NCBI RefSeq assembly: GCF_009914755.1
Contig: NC_060927.1
From: the human T2T-CHM13v2.0 reference genome, Homo sapiens
DNA length: 64,000 nucleotides
Reading direction: 5' to 3' (one strand)
The notes below the pieces were generated by a model. The model was not told the origin of the DNA and searched no databases. It worked only from the letters and a program-made list of their open reading frames with translations. A program made the translations under genes and the position numbers. Below, piece after piece: positions 1 through 12,979 of the stretch (positions are counted from its first letter, which is position 1; the number at the start of each line of letters is the position of its first letter).

Positions 1-739
1 ATTATGCTACAGGTGATGCATGTCCAGTCTTCTATTTCTGGCTTTTGATTTCCTAGTTTTCTGACAAACTTTGGGAGGTTAATTCCTCTTGCTTCATAGA
101 GGTGCTGGATTGCTCTGCAGAGAAAGCAATGACTGGGAGGTGGCAGAAAATGACACAGAATGATGGGGAGATAAGAACCCTCTCAGATGACAGCAGTCTG
201 TTGCTGCGAGGTTACAGGGATTCCTAGGAAAATTCTTCATTGTCTCCCACCATAAAACAATTTTTTATTATTATAGTATCAAATAGATGGCAAATGCTCT
301 TATGCAGAGCTGCCCCAAGTTGCTGATACTATCTTGTAAATTACATCGATGAATTAAGGAAATATGATTAACATATGCAGTTTCCACACTTTGGGATCCT
401 TATTTAGGCCTTTTCCACATCTATCTTCCCAATCTAGTTATGGAGAACATTTCTGGGTTTTATCCCAAATAAACAAAAGAAAGTTATAAACTTACTGCAC
501 TAAAAGGAGATTTTAACACAATTTTACTATGAGTCAAAACATTTAGTTAACTCTGGAGATATTTCTGCTAATGTGATTTTAAGCATTGCTGATGTGTTAA
601 ACAATGGGCTGGAAAATTAAAACAAAACCATGAACTGTGCTGTCTCCAATTTTGAAATGTCAGAAGCTTTTGGCTTAGGACAGTGTCACTTCTGCTGAGG
701 ACTCTGTGACTTCTCATTTGGAGAATGGCAACAGGGTGC

Positions 740-860
740 TGGTTTAGAGCATGCCATACTAGAAAGAGCCCTGGTCATGAGTCAGAGCATCCAGGTTCTA
801 GTTTTACTTCTTCACAGCTCTGTGATTTTAGGTTGGCTGCCTCCTCTCTGAGGCACACTT
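740..860 (+). mobile_element. MIR SINE fragment
   Basis: gagtcaga...ccaggttctagt...gctctgtgattttagg resembles the MIR core. Confidence 0.5.
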
Positions 861-1175
861 TGCAAACTCCCGAAGTGTAGCCCTAAATAAAAGCTGGAGG
901 GTTTTGTGCTGAAGCTTAGTTTCTGGCCTCCTGCCTCATGTGCCATTTCTAAGCAGGAAGTCTGGGCTCAAGGCACTAGGCATTGGCTGGTTAAGAGCCC
1001 ACGCTCTTAGCATCTGCAGGCTCAGCTTCCAGACTCTAATGTACATTATCACACATCTTCCTCCCCATACTTTTACCCAAAAAGAATCTCACTAGCAGGT
1101 AATTTCCACAAAGGACTAGAACACTGCTTGGCATCTAAGCAACACTCAATAGACAGAGGCTAACACTACTATGAT

Positions 1176-1484
1176 TATTTTTATTTTATTTATTTTATTT
1201 TTTTTGAGACAGAGTCTCGCTCTGTTGCCCAGGCTGGAGTGCAGTGGTATGATCAGCTCACTGCAACCTCCACCTCCCGAGCTCAAGCAATCCTCCCACC
1301 TCAGCCTCCCGAGTAGCTGGGACTACAGGTGTGCACCGCCATGCTCAGCTAATTTTTTGTATTTTGGGTAGAGGTGGGGTTTTACCGTGTTGCCCAGGCT
1401 GGTCTTGAACTCCTGAGCTCAAGCAATCTGCCTGCCTCGGCCTCCCAAAGTGCTGGATTACAGGCATGAGCCATTGTGCCCAGC
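1176..1484 (-). mobile_element. AluJ (Jb-like)
   Basis: Full dimeric antisense Alu with T-rich tail and J-type 'gctcaagcaatcctcccacc' and 'ttgcccaggctggtc'. Confidence 0.92.
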
Positions 1485-2859
1485 TGGTTACTATTATTAT
1501 TACTATTACTGCCTTTCTTTGCTTACTCTGTTAGGCTGATATAAGAGGAAATACAACAGATAAATAAAATATGATTGTATCTTCAGTAATCAGAAAAATA
1601 ACAAATTTAAACATTTCTAACCACAGAGAGGGAACCAAGAAGAAATGAAGAAATGTGAAGTGAATATAGCTAACACAAAGTATGGGAGACAGAGAAGGGC
1701 AAGCACATGTCCTGCAGGGACTGTGCGACTCTGTGGGAAGAAAACCAAATGGACCACAGTGCAGGCCATGAGCTCTCTGATTAATCCTTCATCAGTTGTA
1801 CTGATATACCCCGGAGTTACAGCTTCAGCTGCTCTCTGACCTGGCTCATACCCTCTACTGAATTAAAGGCCATAAGTCAAAAAGGTGATGAAGCGGGGCT
1901 GATACCAGCTGCTGTGGACAGAGTTTACTCTGATCTGTCAATCCCCTCACCTGTCTGGTTGGCACCCAGGTCATTTTGGCTGTTAAATGCTTATATCTTC
2001 ACAAAGTTTCCAGTGAACTCTCAAAAAGCATGTATAACTGGCCAAATTTTTAAAAATGTATTCCTTACATGAATGTGTTCATTTCTTCAACCAATATTTA
2101 CTGTTTGTTACAAACCAGCCTTGTACTAGGCTCTTGGGTGCAGACGAACACCAACATAGGCCTGCCCTCAAGAAGCTCATAAGCCAATGTGTTAAGACAG
2201 TGGACGTGAATTGTGAATACCTCCGCATTACAGACACTTGGATCAACGAGCATCACACTTTTTAGCATCTAAATCCGTACAATCTGGAACTGAGGGAAGT
2301 ATGCTTTTGGTGAATGTTATTTGCTCTCCTATGCATGCTCTGGGTTCTTATGGGTTCATGTCTGACATCTGGGAAGATTTCTTCCCGTCTTCACCTACAA
2401 TCCTATTTGACTTACACTGTCATCCCAACCGAGTGTTTTAAAAATGAAAGGACTACCTGAAGTCACCAAAGGCAGAGAAAAATCAGGATATCATTATTTA
2501 GGACAGGTGTGATGGGCTAACAGTTCTCCAATTTTATAACATTTGAATAGATTCATCTTTTGGGACATGTTTCCTCCAACAGCTTACTAAGACATGTTCA
2601 CTCTGTGCATACTTAGGCAACCAAAAAGTTCCTCCTTTCCGATCAATGAATGTATCTAATCATAATAATACTTAAACAAAATCACTCAGTCAGAATTTTA
2701 AATTGGGTCAACACCTATAAAACTGATCACAACCAAGACTACCCAGCTATTATGTTATGTTCATTTGAGACAATATAAATTTAAATTATTTTGATACTTC
2801 CTTCCTAGATGTAGTTTTAGCAATTATTTATTTCTATCTAATATATCTCCCTCTTTTTA

Positions 2860-3715
2860 CTCATAATACAACACTTCTTTTGGAAACTGCTTCTTTCTCA
2901 TTCCAGTGCTTGTCAGCTGGTGGACTGATTCAAGCCCTCAGCTTCAGGGCTCCCATAAAAAAGGCTGATTCTAAAAGAATCAGGAGCCATAGAGAAACAG
3001 GGTGTCTGCTTCATTAGGATATTTAGCATTAAGGATCACAGAACTTAGAGCTGTCAGAGGTCACCTTTGCCTCCACAAGGAAGATACATGAGAATGGAGG
3101 CAATATGGAGAGAAGTGCAGTCAAGAAATACAGAGAAAAATGGATTGTTTATGGAATTGATTCAATCCCTGAATCCAACGGATTGAGTTTTCAGGGAGCG
3201 GACCCCTAAATAGAGTTTGGAATAAAAGCTTTTAATCAATGATCAAAACTCATGAAAGGAAAAAACTAGGATTCAACTGGGAAGAGAAAGAAACTGAATT
3301 GTGATGTGGTCCAACAAAAACATGGTCATCCTGACAGGAAGTTATGGATTAAATCAGAATTGCCCAGTGTTGGTCAGAAATGGTTGACCCTTCATATCCG
3401 AGCCTTGCTCAGTCACTAGATGTGGGCTTCCTCAGGAGGGGTGTGACTGTGGGCAAGTGTCTCTCTGCAGCTGGGGCAGACCAGGAAGGAGTGAGAGCTG
3501 GAGGCCATCCACTAACCCCACACCCCGTGGCGAGGCAGCACGTCCTTCTGGGTGGTGTATCTCTTCGTAAAACCTCACAGTGCTACCAGAAGCCACTTGA
3601 TCATCCCAGTTATGTGAGCCAGCAAACTCCCAATTTTTTGTCAATACGGTTTGACTTCTGTTACTTTGTTTGCAATCAAGAGGCTCTATGCTTCCCTTCA
3701 AACTTAAAGTTCTTC
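2860..3715 (+). mobile_element. Old MaLR LTR (MLT1K/L-like), split by an internal LTR
   Basis: 'gagaatggaggcaatatggagagaag...cctgaatcca' resumes at about 3590 as 'cccagttatgtgagccagcaaactccc...ttgcaatcaagag'. Confidence 0.5.
3180..3590. mobile_element. ERVL LTR (LTR16-like)
   Basis: 'gctcagtcactagatgtgggc...gtgactgtgggcaagtgtctctctgcagctgggg' resembles old ERVL LTRs. Confidence 0.45.
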
Positions 3716-4473
3716 TGAAACATCAAGATTCCAGCAATTATGAACACCCTTGAAATAAACTGGAGAACACAATTTAAACCCACAGCAGACCACATGATGG
3801 CAATCCTATTTTTTAATCAAGCTCCAAGTCTGCAGTCTCCAGATGGTTCACGAATTTCAAGTGGCCAGATCCTGAAGATGGGAGATATCTGTTTTATTGG
3901 GCTGAGGGTTTGTGATCAAAACTGACAACTCTTTGGGTGGAAAGGACTGTAATTTGTATGTCACAGAACAAATAAAGTCCAGCATGTTTTCCTTTGAATA
4001 AGTTTTACTGTAATGAGAAGCAGACTTCTCAGTTTCACTTCTGGTCAGAAAGATCCACTCTAACTTGTTTATCTCCCAATAATTCTCATCCTCTCAATAA
4101 CAAAATACGTGTTTCTCTGAGAACAGTGATTTATTCATTAATAATGCCCTCTTTGTTCCTGCAAGTGGCCAAGTTTGCAATAGAGAGCACGATAGGAAAA
4201 TCAAACCAGCACCCCAGGCTCATACTGGGGAGATAATAAAATTATTTTCATATGTGCTGAAGTTCATTTTTACTCTGGGTCACTATCTTGGTAAGGTTCT
4301 GAATTTCTAGTAATATTTCAATTTATACCAATATAGCATAAAATTTGCAATTCCAACGCCCCAATGTAAATGATGTGGATATACACACATATCATTTCTA
4401 TGTGTATAAATATATATATATATACATATAAAATACATATATAAAGAGGCTTATTGGCACATACTAATAAGCT

Positions 4474-4493
4474 TGTGTGTGTGTGTGTGTGAC

Positions 4494-4522
<29 letters not shown>
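4474..4522. repeat. Compound (GT)n(GA)n microsatellite
   Basis: Directly visible; a (TA)n tract is also present at about 4410-4443. Confidence 0.95.
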
Positions 4523-4527
<5 letters not shown>

Positions 4528-4867
4528 GCAGACAAACAGCAAAGATCCAGTTTGACATGGCATAAAACTAAAAACCAAATGATAATGGTGTAATGACAAA
4601 GCATTGTTTAGCACCGTTAGGTGACTGAAGCAAATGTGATCTCTCTTGTCTTTATAAACCAAAACGTCAATGAGTCGATTGTTTAGAAACCTCTCTGGAT
4701 GGACTATTTTTTGTAGTGTTCCTCATATTCCAACTCAGCAGACAAAATCTAATGCTCAGGTTATCAAGTTTCTCAGAGTAATTTACAGATGCAATAACAG
4801 TACATGCGCTGCAGGCCTTGCCCTGAACCTTAATAAATATGAAAAGCAGAAACAGAGCATGACTTAC

Positions 4868-4963
4868 CTCCAGAGTGTGGTGGGGGGCCGCAGAGCAGCA
4901 CAACTCCCTGGCCTTCACGCACAGACACTGTACTCCTCATTTTGGTTTTAAAATTTTCAAGAT
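4868..4963 (-). CDS. CNTN3: Contactin-3 internal coding exon (96 nt, phase 1/1; Ig1-Ig2 linker and start of Ig2)
   Basis: Minus strand reads ttttgttttgttttcaaatcAG|ATCTTGAAAATTTTAAAACCAAAATGAGG...CACTCTGGAG|GTAAGT. Translation (Y)[31 protein letters not shown](E) matches recalled CNTN3. As recalled, CNTN4 has KTRTRSTVSVRRGQGMV and CNTN6 has PPPHFG. Neighbouring exons were not found in the window. Confidence 0.95.
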
Positions 4964-5058
4964 CTGATTTGAAAACAAAACAAAACTGAATTTTAGAAAG
5001 ACCAATTAAATCACAAATTTTACACCAAGACCTTCCTCTCTTTTAGAAAACAATTTTA

Positions 5059-5383
5059 GTTTTTGCTTTTTTCTTTAAAAATTTTTATTTTTATTTACTT
5101 AGAATTTCACCCTTTATTTTAGATTCAGGAGGTACACGTACAGGTTTGTTATGTGGTTATACTGTGTAATGCTGAGGTTTGGGGTTTGGTTGATCTCATC
5201 ACCCAGGTAGTGAGTACAGAACCCAACAGGTAGGTAGTTTTCTAATCCTTACCCCTCTCCCTTCCTCCCCACTGTAGTCGTCCCCAGGGTCCACTTTTGT
5301 CATCTTTATGGTCATAAGTACCTAACATTTATCTTCTGCTTATAAGTGAGAACATACAGTATTTGGTTTTCTGTTCCTGCATG
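5059..5383 (-). mobile_element. L1PA15/16-like 3' end with 13-bp TSD
   Basis: Antisense L1 3'UTR ('ttataagtgagaacat', 'tcacccaggtagtgag'); TSD GAAAACAATTTTA at 5046-5058 and 5384-5396. Confidence 0.85.
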
Positions 5384-7996
5384 GAAAACAATTTTAAAAT
5401 CTCTTTCCAAGAACCTAGAGAGAAAACCATTTGCTTTGAGGTAGAAAAGCTGGATTCTGATTTCTTTATTAAAGCTTCTAGAAATTCAGCAATACAATAT
5501 AAATATATACCCACTGATCCCATGTTGCTGAAATAGTGTCTAAAATGGCATGAACTATCCAAAGACAAAGCGTGTATCAGAATGAACTAACCAGACAATA
5601 TAATTCAAAAAAGGAAATGAAATATCCTAAATCAAAAATAAACATAAATATGACTTTCACATTCACCAGTGATTCACCATATCATGAATACTTTTAGCTT
5701 CAACTTGTAATAATGACCAACTATTCATGAATTTCCCTCCTAAAATATTTTATCATAGCCTAAATAGATTTTATTCTACCTATAATTATTTTTATTTACA
5801 AAAATATTTGATAATATTCAGTTTCTGAGTATAAGTCCTATTTTTCCCATATTCTGAAGGGCTTTGTGGAAGATATATTGTCACTGAAAATTACCAAGTA
5901 CATAGAATTCAAAGGATAACAGTAATTTAAATCAGCATATTCCCTTTTATTTATAGCGGCTAAAAATAATTATTTTTATAAGCATCCAAAGATTTTTTCA
6001 AGTGTTTAAAAAAGTTAAAAAAATAGCAATCAAGTGCAAATACTATTTTGATTACCAACGGTTATTTTTAGAGAACATTTAATTTCTTCCAATGACAATC
6101 CAGTACAGCAAATACTGATTCATTCTTTCCAAGTTAAATTAAAGGAGAGAGAAAATTCCGTTGACTTCATTTTTAAAAATGCTTTAGTTCATAGGGAAAG
6201 AGGAAGAAAGATCTGTTTCTTTAAACTCTGACTTATAAAAAATGCCTGTGAAGAATTACACCGTTAATATACTCTATGGTGTCACTTTCTGTATCAGAAC
6301 AATTGTACTGTCAATTTCTGAAAGAATATACTCACTTCATAGCTCTTAAGGGCTGATATAAATTACCTAAGTGGTGTCTATACACAGTGAAGCAGTATAT
6401 GTATTTTAGAATACAACTTGGATATTTTCAACTTTTCTTTGAAAAATATAAAAAGCAAAATAATTATCTTCAAATTGATAAAACCAGAACCTGTAGACAC
6501 TTAGGGATACTCTAAGGATCATATAGCAGTATATCAGAGAGAAATAAGAGGGCCTATGTGCCTCACGTTATTGTTACTGAAAAATAGTATTAAATTGCTA
6601 GGTTATAAATATGGAGTAAAGTGATTCAGCAAAACTCTCTTGTGTGTGCCCAGAAAAGAAGAAAAAACAGTTGATGGACTTATTTTAACCACACGCTATC
6701 CAACAGAAATGATACAATAACATAGCGTTGTATCACCTTAAATCTAACTAAAATGCAACATTCTCAAAACATTAAGTCTCTTGGAATGTAACTAACTGAG
6801 TTAGAACTGCAAAACTAGACCATCCAAATGTTTCCCAATGGCTAAATGAGGCAGTACCTCATATCAGAATGTAGCTTATACATGGAATTTCCAAAGATTA
6901 TTTCTTGATGATCAAGTATGTGTCATCATTGCTGCCTTCCTGTCTAATTCCTTGTTATCTTCTGCCATACAATTTCACAGTGTGGATGTTTTCTATCACT
7001 GATTTTAGCTAGAATATGCAAAAATGTATAGAATAGTTCTACGGAAACCAGTAATGTCTCCTCCAAAGGTAAAATCTCTTTTGCCTAAGCACAAATATAG
7101 CTGGCACAGATCTGCCCATTGGTCTAGAGACAAGCATGGCTACTCTTTCTGCAGTGCACGAGTGCAAGGAATATTGTTCTGGATATCTGATATGGCCGGT
7201 TCATGGACGTAGCATCAGGAAGCAAAGAAAAATAACTTAATTGTAACGGCACATTGTAAGTGGCACTTTGCTGAAAAGGTGGTAAGTACACAGAGGACTG
7301 CACAGTTAATCTACAGGTGTAACCAAGGCTTTAACAAGCAGAACCTGGCCAAGTAGACGGACAGTAGTAGTAGCAGTCAGAGGGCCAGGGTGGGCATTTT
7401 TCTGAGGCAGATGGAGCAACATAGATGCATAAGAACATACATGTTACAGTCAAGGTATAGCGAGACTTTTCTCCTTTTTTGCAACACTAGGAACTATGAG
7501 AAAAGAGTAGTGTCAATGTCTAAAAAGCTTCAGATCATTAAAATATCTAGTGGAAGATTATATGTGCCACCCAAATGTAAGTCAAGCTATATATAGTCCA
7601 ATTTTGGACTTTAAAAACAAACTAAGATGATAAAGAACACCTACAAGTAACTACAGCTATCATCATATTTAATGGTGAAAGACCGAGTGCTTTCCCCCTC
7701 CCCAACATCAGAAATTCGAGGGAGTTAAGCAGGTCACAGGATACAATTTCTACATACTAATAATAAACATGCAAAAATTGAAATTAAAAACTCAAAACTA
7801 CTCACAATTGTTCCAAATAAAATAAAATACCCAGGTAAATTACACATAACAAAACATGCAGAAGATCTGTATAATGAAAATTACAGAATGCTAATGAAAA
7901 AGAAAAAAAATGCAGAGGCATAAATAAATGGAGACACATACTATGTACATGGATTGTTAGATTCAACATAATTGCTGTTCTTCCCAAATTAATACA

Positions 7997-9137
7997 CTGT
8001 CATATGCTGTAGAACAATGTTTCGGTAAATGCTGGACCACATATATGGCCAGACCATATTTACAACAGTGATATCATAGGCATCATGACATAGTAGTGAA
8101 ATATATTACTCCTGAGTTTGTGGTGATTGTGTAAAAAACCTACTATGCTGCCAGTCATATAAAAGTTTTGCATATAAAATTATGTATAGCATATAATGCT
8201 TGAGAATGATACTAAATAACTGTTACGGGTTTATGTATTTACTATGCTATAATTTTATTGTTATTTTAGAATATATTACTTCTATAAATTGAAAAAAAAA
8301 AGGTTAACCATAAAACAGCCTGAGGTAGGTCCTTCAGGAGTTTTTCAGAAGGAGGCATTGTCATTATAACAGATGACAGTTCCATGCATGTTATTGCCCC
8401 TGAAGATCTTCCAGTGGCATAAGATGTGGAGGTGGAAGACAGTGATACTGATGATCCTGACCCTGTGTAGGCCTAGGTTAACATGTGTGTTTTTAAATGC
8501 TTTTGGCAAAAACACTTAAAAAGAAAACAAAATAAAAAAGCTTATTGAATAAGTGTACAAGAAAATAGTTTAGTAAAGCTCCACAATGTGTGTTTTAAGC
8601 TAAGTGTTATTATGGGTCAAAATTCATAAAACATTAAAAGTTTATAAATACAAATATTATAGTAAGCCAAGATTAATTTATCACTGAAACATATTTTTAT
8701 AAATTCAGTGTAGCCTAAGTGTACAGTGTTTATGAAGTCTACAGTAATGTACAGTAACGTCCTAGGCCTTCACATTCACTCACCGCTCACTCACCAGTTC
8801 ACCCACAACAGCCTCCAGTCCCGCAAGCTCCATTCATGGTAAGTGTTCAGTATAGATATACCGTTTCCTATCTTTTATATTGTACTGTACATTTTCTATG
8901 CTTAGATATTTTCAGAAACACAAATACTCATCATTGTGTCACAATTGCCTACAGTATTAAGTAAAGTGATCTGCTGTACAGGTTTATAGCCTAGCAGCAA
9001 TAGGCTATACTATACAGCCTAGGTGTGTAGTAGGTTATACCATCTGGGTATAATAAGTACATACTATGATGTTTGATGAAATCACCTAATGATGCATTTC
9101 TCAGAACATATCCCTGTCATTAAGTGACACATGAGTG
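7997..9137 (+). mobile_element. Tigger3b (Golem) DNA transposon
   Basis: Degenerate TIRs ctgtcatatg... and ...cacatgagtg|ta; Tigger3-type end 'gcatttctcagaacatatccctgtcattaagtgac'. Confidence 0.88.
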
Positions 9138-10486
9138 TATAATTTTAATATAATTCTGATCGAAATATCAGCATGGTTTTGGGTTTGTTCTTTTTTTTTT
9201 GTAGATAAAGACAAGCTTATTCTAAAATTTATATGTAAAGGCACAGGACTTAGAATGTGTAAAACTATCTAGACTAAAAACAAAGCAGGAAGAATCACTC
9301 TACCTAACATTGAGGCTTATAATATAGCTACAATGATCAAGACCATGTGGTAGTGGCACAGGGAGAGACACATAGATCCATACAGCAAAACAGAGAACAC
9401 AGAAATAGACTCACAAAAATGGGCTCAGCTGATTTTTGAAAAAATGCAATTCAATGGAAGGAGAGAAAAAAAAAAATCGACCTAAACTTTACTCAGTTTA
9501 AAAATCAACTCAAACTAGACCACAAACGTAAATGTAAAACATAAAACTATAGAACTTTTATTTAAAAAATATTGGAAACCATCTTTGGGATGTAAGGATA
9601 GGCAAAGAGCTTTTAGACTTGACACCAATTGAATGGTCTTTAAAAGGAAGGACCAATAAACCAGACTGCATCAACATTTAAAACTTCTGCTCCATGAAAG
9701 CTCAAGCAAAGAGGATGTAAAAAAAAGCTACAGACTGGGAGGATATACTTGAAAACCACTTATCCACTAAAGAAAGAGTATCTAGAATAAGTAAGACTGC
9801 CCAAAATTCAATAGTATAAAACATACGATTCCATTAGAAAATGGGAAGAAGACACAAACAGTTCACTGAAGAGGAAAAACAGATGGAAAATAAGGACCTG
9901 AAAAGATGTTCAACATCATTAGACATCGGGGAAATGCAAATTAAAACTACAATGAGCTGTCACTCCACACCTACCAAAATACCTAAAAACAAAAAACAAA
10001 ACAGTGACAGCACTAAATCTTGGAGAGGATGTAAGGAGGCTGGATGATTCAGACATTGTCTTCTTAAGTGTAAAATGTCAAAGCCAATATGGAAAACATG
10101 TTTTTTAGTTTCCTGTAAAACGAACCACACGTAACTACCATATGACCAGCAATTGCACTTTTGGGCATTTATCCTAGAGAAATGAAAACACTTGTTCATA
10201 CAAAAATCTGTACATAAAAGTTCGCAGAGTTTTATGTCTAACAGCCCTAAACTGGAAACAACCCAAGTTCCTTCAATGTGTGAATGGCTAAATGCACAGT
10301 GCTACATCCATACCATGGAATGCTACCCTGCAACTCAAAGCAATGAAATCTTTATACACCCAACCCCTTTGGTAAATCTTCAGGAAATTATGCTGACTGA
10401 AATATGCCAATTCCAAAAGGTTACTTACTATATGATTCCATTTATGTAAAACTTTAAAAAATTCAAATTTAGAAATAGGGTTTAGT

Positions 10487-10620
10487 GCTGGGCATGGTGT
10501 TTTACAACTGTAATCCCAGCAACTCCAGAGGCTGAGGTAGGAGGGTTGCTTGAGACCAGGAGTTAGAGACCAGCCTGGGCAATAGTGAGACCCCATCTCT
10601 TAAAAAATTAAAATAAAAAC
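10487..10620 (+). mobile_element. FLAM (free left Alu monomer)
   Basis: Single Alu monomer ending 'gagaccccatctcttaaaaaa'. Confidence 0.85.
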
Positions 10621-11494
10621 AAAATGGGAGTAAACTAGTGGTTGCCAATGTTTAGGGAAAGTGGAGGGAGATAGGGGAGTGTCGTTATCAAAGGGTACTA
10701 TGAGGGATCCTTGTGGGACCTGAACTGTCCTCTTTCTTGACTGTGTTGGTCAACACATGTACATCCATGTGATAAAATTAGAACTAAATACACATACACA
10801 ATGAGTATGTATAAACCAGGGAAATATGAATTAAAAAATAATAAGCAAGCAAGCAAAGATAAAGTCCAGTTCCTCATATTTCCTTATTTCCTTTTATTTT
10901 CTCTTCCCCCACGTTACCTACAGGATAGAAGTGGCTTGCTGACCCCGCTTCTGGCCATCAGCTGTGTGTGCTACTCTACCAGAGCCCATAGCTCCAGCCA
11001 CAACATGGGGCCAGTATCTCCGAAGTCAACATCAAAGAAAGGTGTGCAGAGCCCTTAGGGAAGAACACTCCTTCTTGTGACTAGCTTTTTGTAAAAATTC
11101 ACATGGACCATTTCTGGTGTATAAAAGTCTTCACTTTGATACACGTCTGTTAATTTTCTATATTGGGCCAGGTTTTCTATTGCCTATCCAAGCTCTGCAC
11201 TTCAGGTTGATCTTCCCATGCAGTAGCAAGGAAAACTCCAGGAAACCATCAATGCATATGGAGAAAAGAAACTGGGGTCACTCTGACTTTTTTTCTGATA
11301 TTCTGTGCTCAATCTTTTTCCCCTTCCTACATATTGTTGGTGTTGGTTTCTCACCTGAATTGACCTAGGTAGTGAACTATCAAGCAGAGTATGTGAAATA
11401 CCACTTGGTATAACTGCAGGGGTATAGTGCACAAGTCTGTCTCTGTACGACTTAAAATCAACCAGAAGAATGACTACCATTTCCCAACAAGTAA

Positions 11495-11635
11495 ATTTGA
11501 GTAAACTTGTGTCAAGCCAAGTTAAATGAGTTTCTTTTTGCAGAATAAGTCAGGGACCTTAATATAAACTATGGACAAATAATATCTACTAAAGTGGAAT
11601 GGATATTATAGAGTATTCTAAATGTATTTGACCAA
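11495..11635. mobile_element. MER103C-like hAT fragment
   Basis: 'aagttaaatgagtttctttttgcag...cttaatat...tatttgacc' resembles MER103. Confidence 0.5.
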
Positions 11636-12311
11636 ATAATTCTATGTAGACAATTTTATGGGAAATGCTGAAAAGGCCACATGTGCAATTGGGCACATAA
11701 ATATTAAAAAAGATGTCAATAAGAGACTGCAAAGTAAAACAAGCCATTTTCCCTCTAAAAGAACTAAAATGTAACATAATAGTGGCAATATATCTGAAAT
11801 GGTGGCCAGCTGACTAAATGGTCTCAACATTTAAAAACTGAAGAGCTCTGCCTCAAAATGCTTTATATCTACTTGTGATCACAGCATGAAGAGCGAATGA
11901 AATCATTGTCATTGAAAACTGGATGTGAGCCTTACTACTTGTATAACACAATGCTATTTGATGCTATGAGGTGAAGTGTTACCTCTTCAATTAAAATGAA
12001 AAATACTATCCAGTAGTGATAATTTGTACCAGGAACACAGACACAGGCAATGCAATAGTCTTCCATACATAATATCTTAAACGTCTTTAATGTTTAATGT
12101 TGAAATGCTTAGTGATTGGTAGTTATCAAATTACATCATTACATGAACAGTGTAAATGACAAGATTGCCTTTGAAAGAATCAGGTCGCTGCCAATAAAAG
12201 AAATTTGTGCACTGCCATGCAAAAGCTAAGAAGAAACCCAATGAACATACCCAGAAAAGCAATCAAAATCAAGACTGCAATTCAGTTATGGTTTTCACCC
12301 TTACTGTAAGT

Positions 12312-12520
12312 CAGGCTTGTCCAATCTTTTGGCTTCCCTAGGCCACATTGGAAGAAGAATTGTCTTGGGCCACACATAAAATACATTAACACTAACAAGA
12401 GCCAATGAGCTAAAAAAAAAAAAAAAATCACAAAAAAATCTCATAATGTTTTACAAAAGTTTACAAATTTGTGTTGGGCTGCATTCGAAGCCACCATAGG
12501 CCACAGGTTGGACAAGCTTG
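12312..12520. mobile_element. MER30 hAT DNA transposon
   Basis: TIRs caggcttgtccaa and ttggacaagcttg; 'gccacattggaagaagaattgtcttgggccacacataaaatac'. Confidence 0.92.
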
Positions 12521-12979
12521 CTATAAAAAAGAATCCCATGCAACGATTCAGTTTCACAATCAAGTGGTAAAGTTTCAAGTAGTTGATAAATCTCATTAAA
12601 GCATGCCCACTACAAAAATAAAAAAATCCCAGCTCAGTGAATGACCACACCTTTCTTCCTGCCTTATGGCACATGCAGAAGCACTTAGAAGATCTCCTAA
12701 ATCGGAATATTAGACATAAACAACTGACTCTTAGTTATCTTCGGTATCAGCATGTTCAAAACTCAATCATTATTTTCGTTATTTCTTGCTCTATTTCCCA
12801 ACACCCAAATTCAAAGTGTCTCCTCCTTTTTTGTTCCCTTTCTTGCTGGTCCAATTCTCAAAACATTTAATTATGTATAAACCCCCTAAGGGAAAACTCT
12901 CCCATGGCAAAGTGTGTCTTAGGAAAACAAAACTTTATCCTTATGAAAAATAATAGCTTATTCAACAAAAGTTCAATAG

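Larger units (their letters stand above)
7620..10835 (+). mobile_element. Old L1M (L1MC/MD-like) ORF2-3'UTR, interrupted by Tigger3 and FLAM
   Basis: ORF 9841-10047 (KRCSTSLDIGEMQIKTTM) is the L1 ORF2 C-terminus; L1M 3'UTR 'gagggatccttgtgg'. Confidence 0.85.

Noticed and set aside
1171-1371. Alu-derived ORFs (also 17163, 19256, 25266, 50749, 54506)
   Set aside because: Standard Alu translation artefacts ([13 protein letters not shown])
4667-4951. ORF-track ORFs 4667-4918 (minus) and 4670-4951 (plus) over the exon
   Set aside because: Wrong frame or strand; the real frame is the spliced contactin exon
10905-10935. Possible recursive splice site cttctatcctgtAG|GTAACG (minus); similar motifs near 17060 and 52400
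   Set aside because: They lack the AG|GTAAG consensus and are expected by chance in a 59-kb intron
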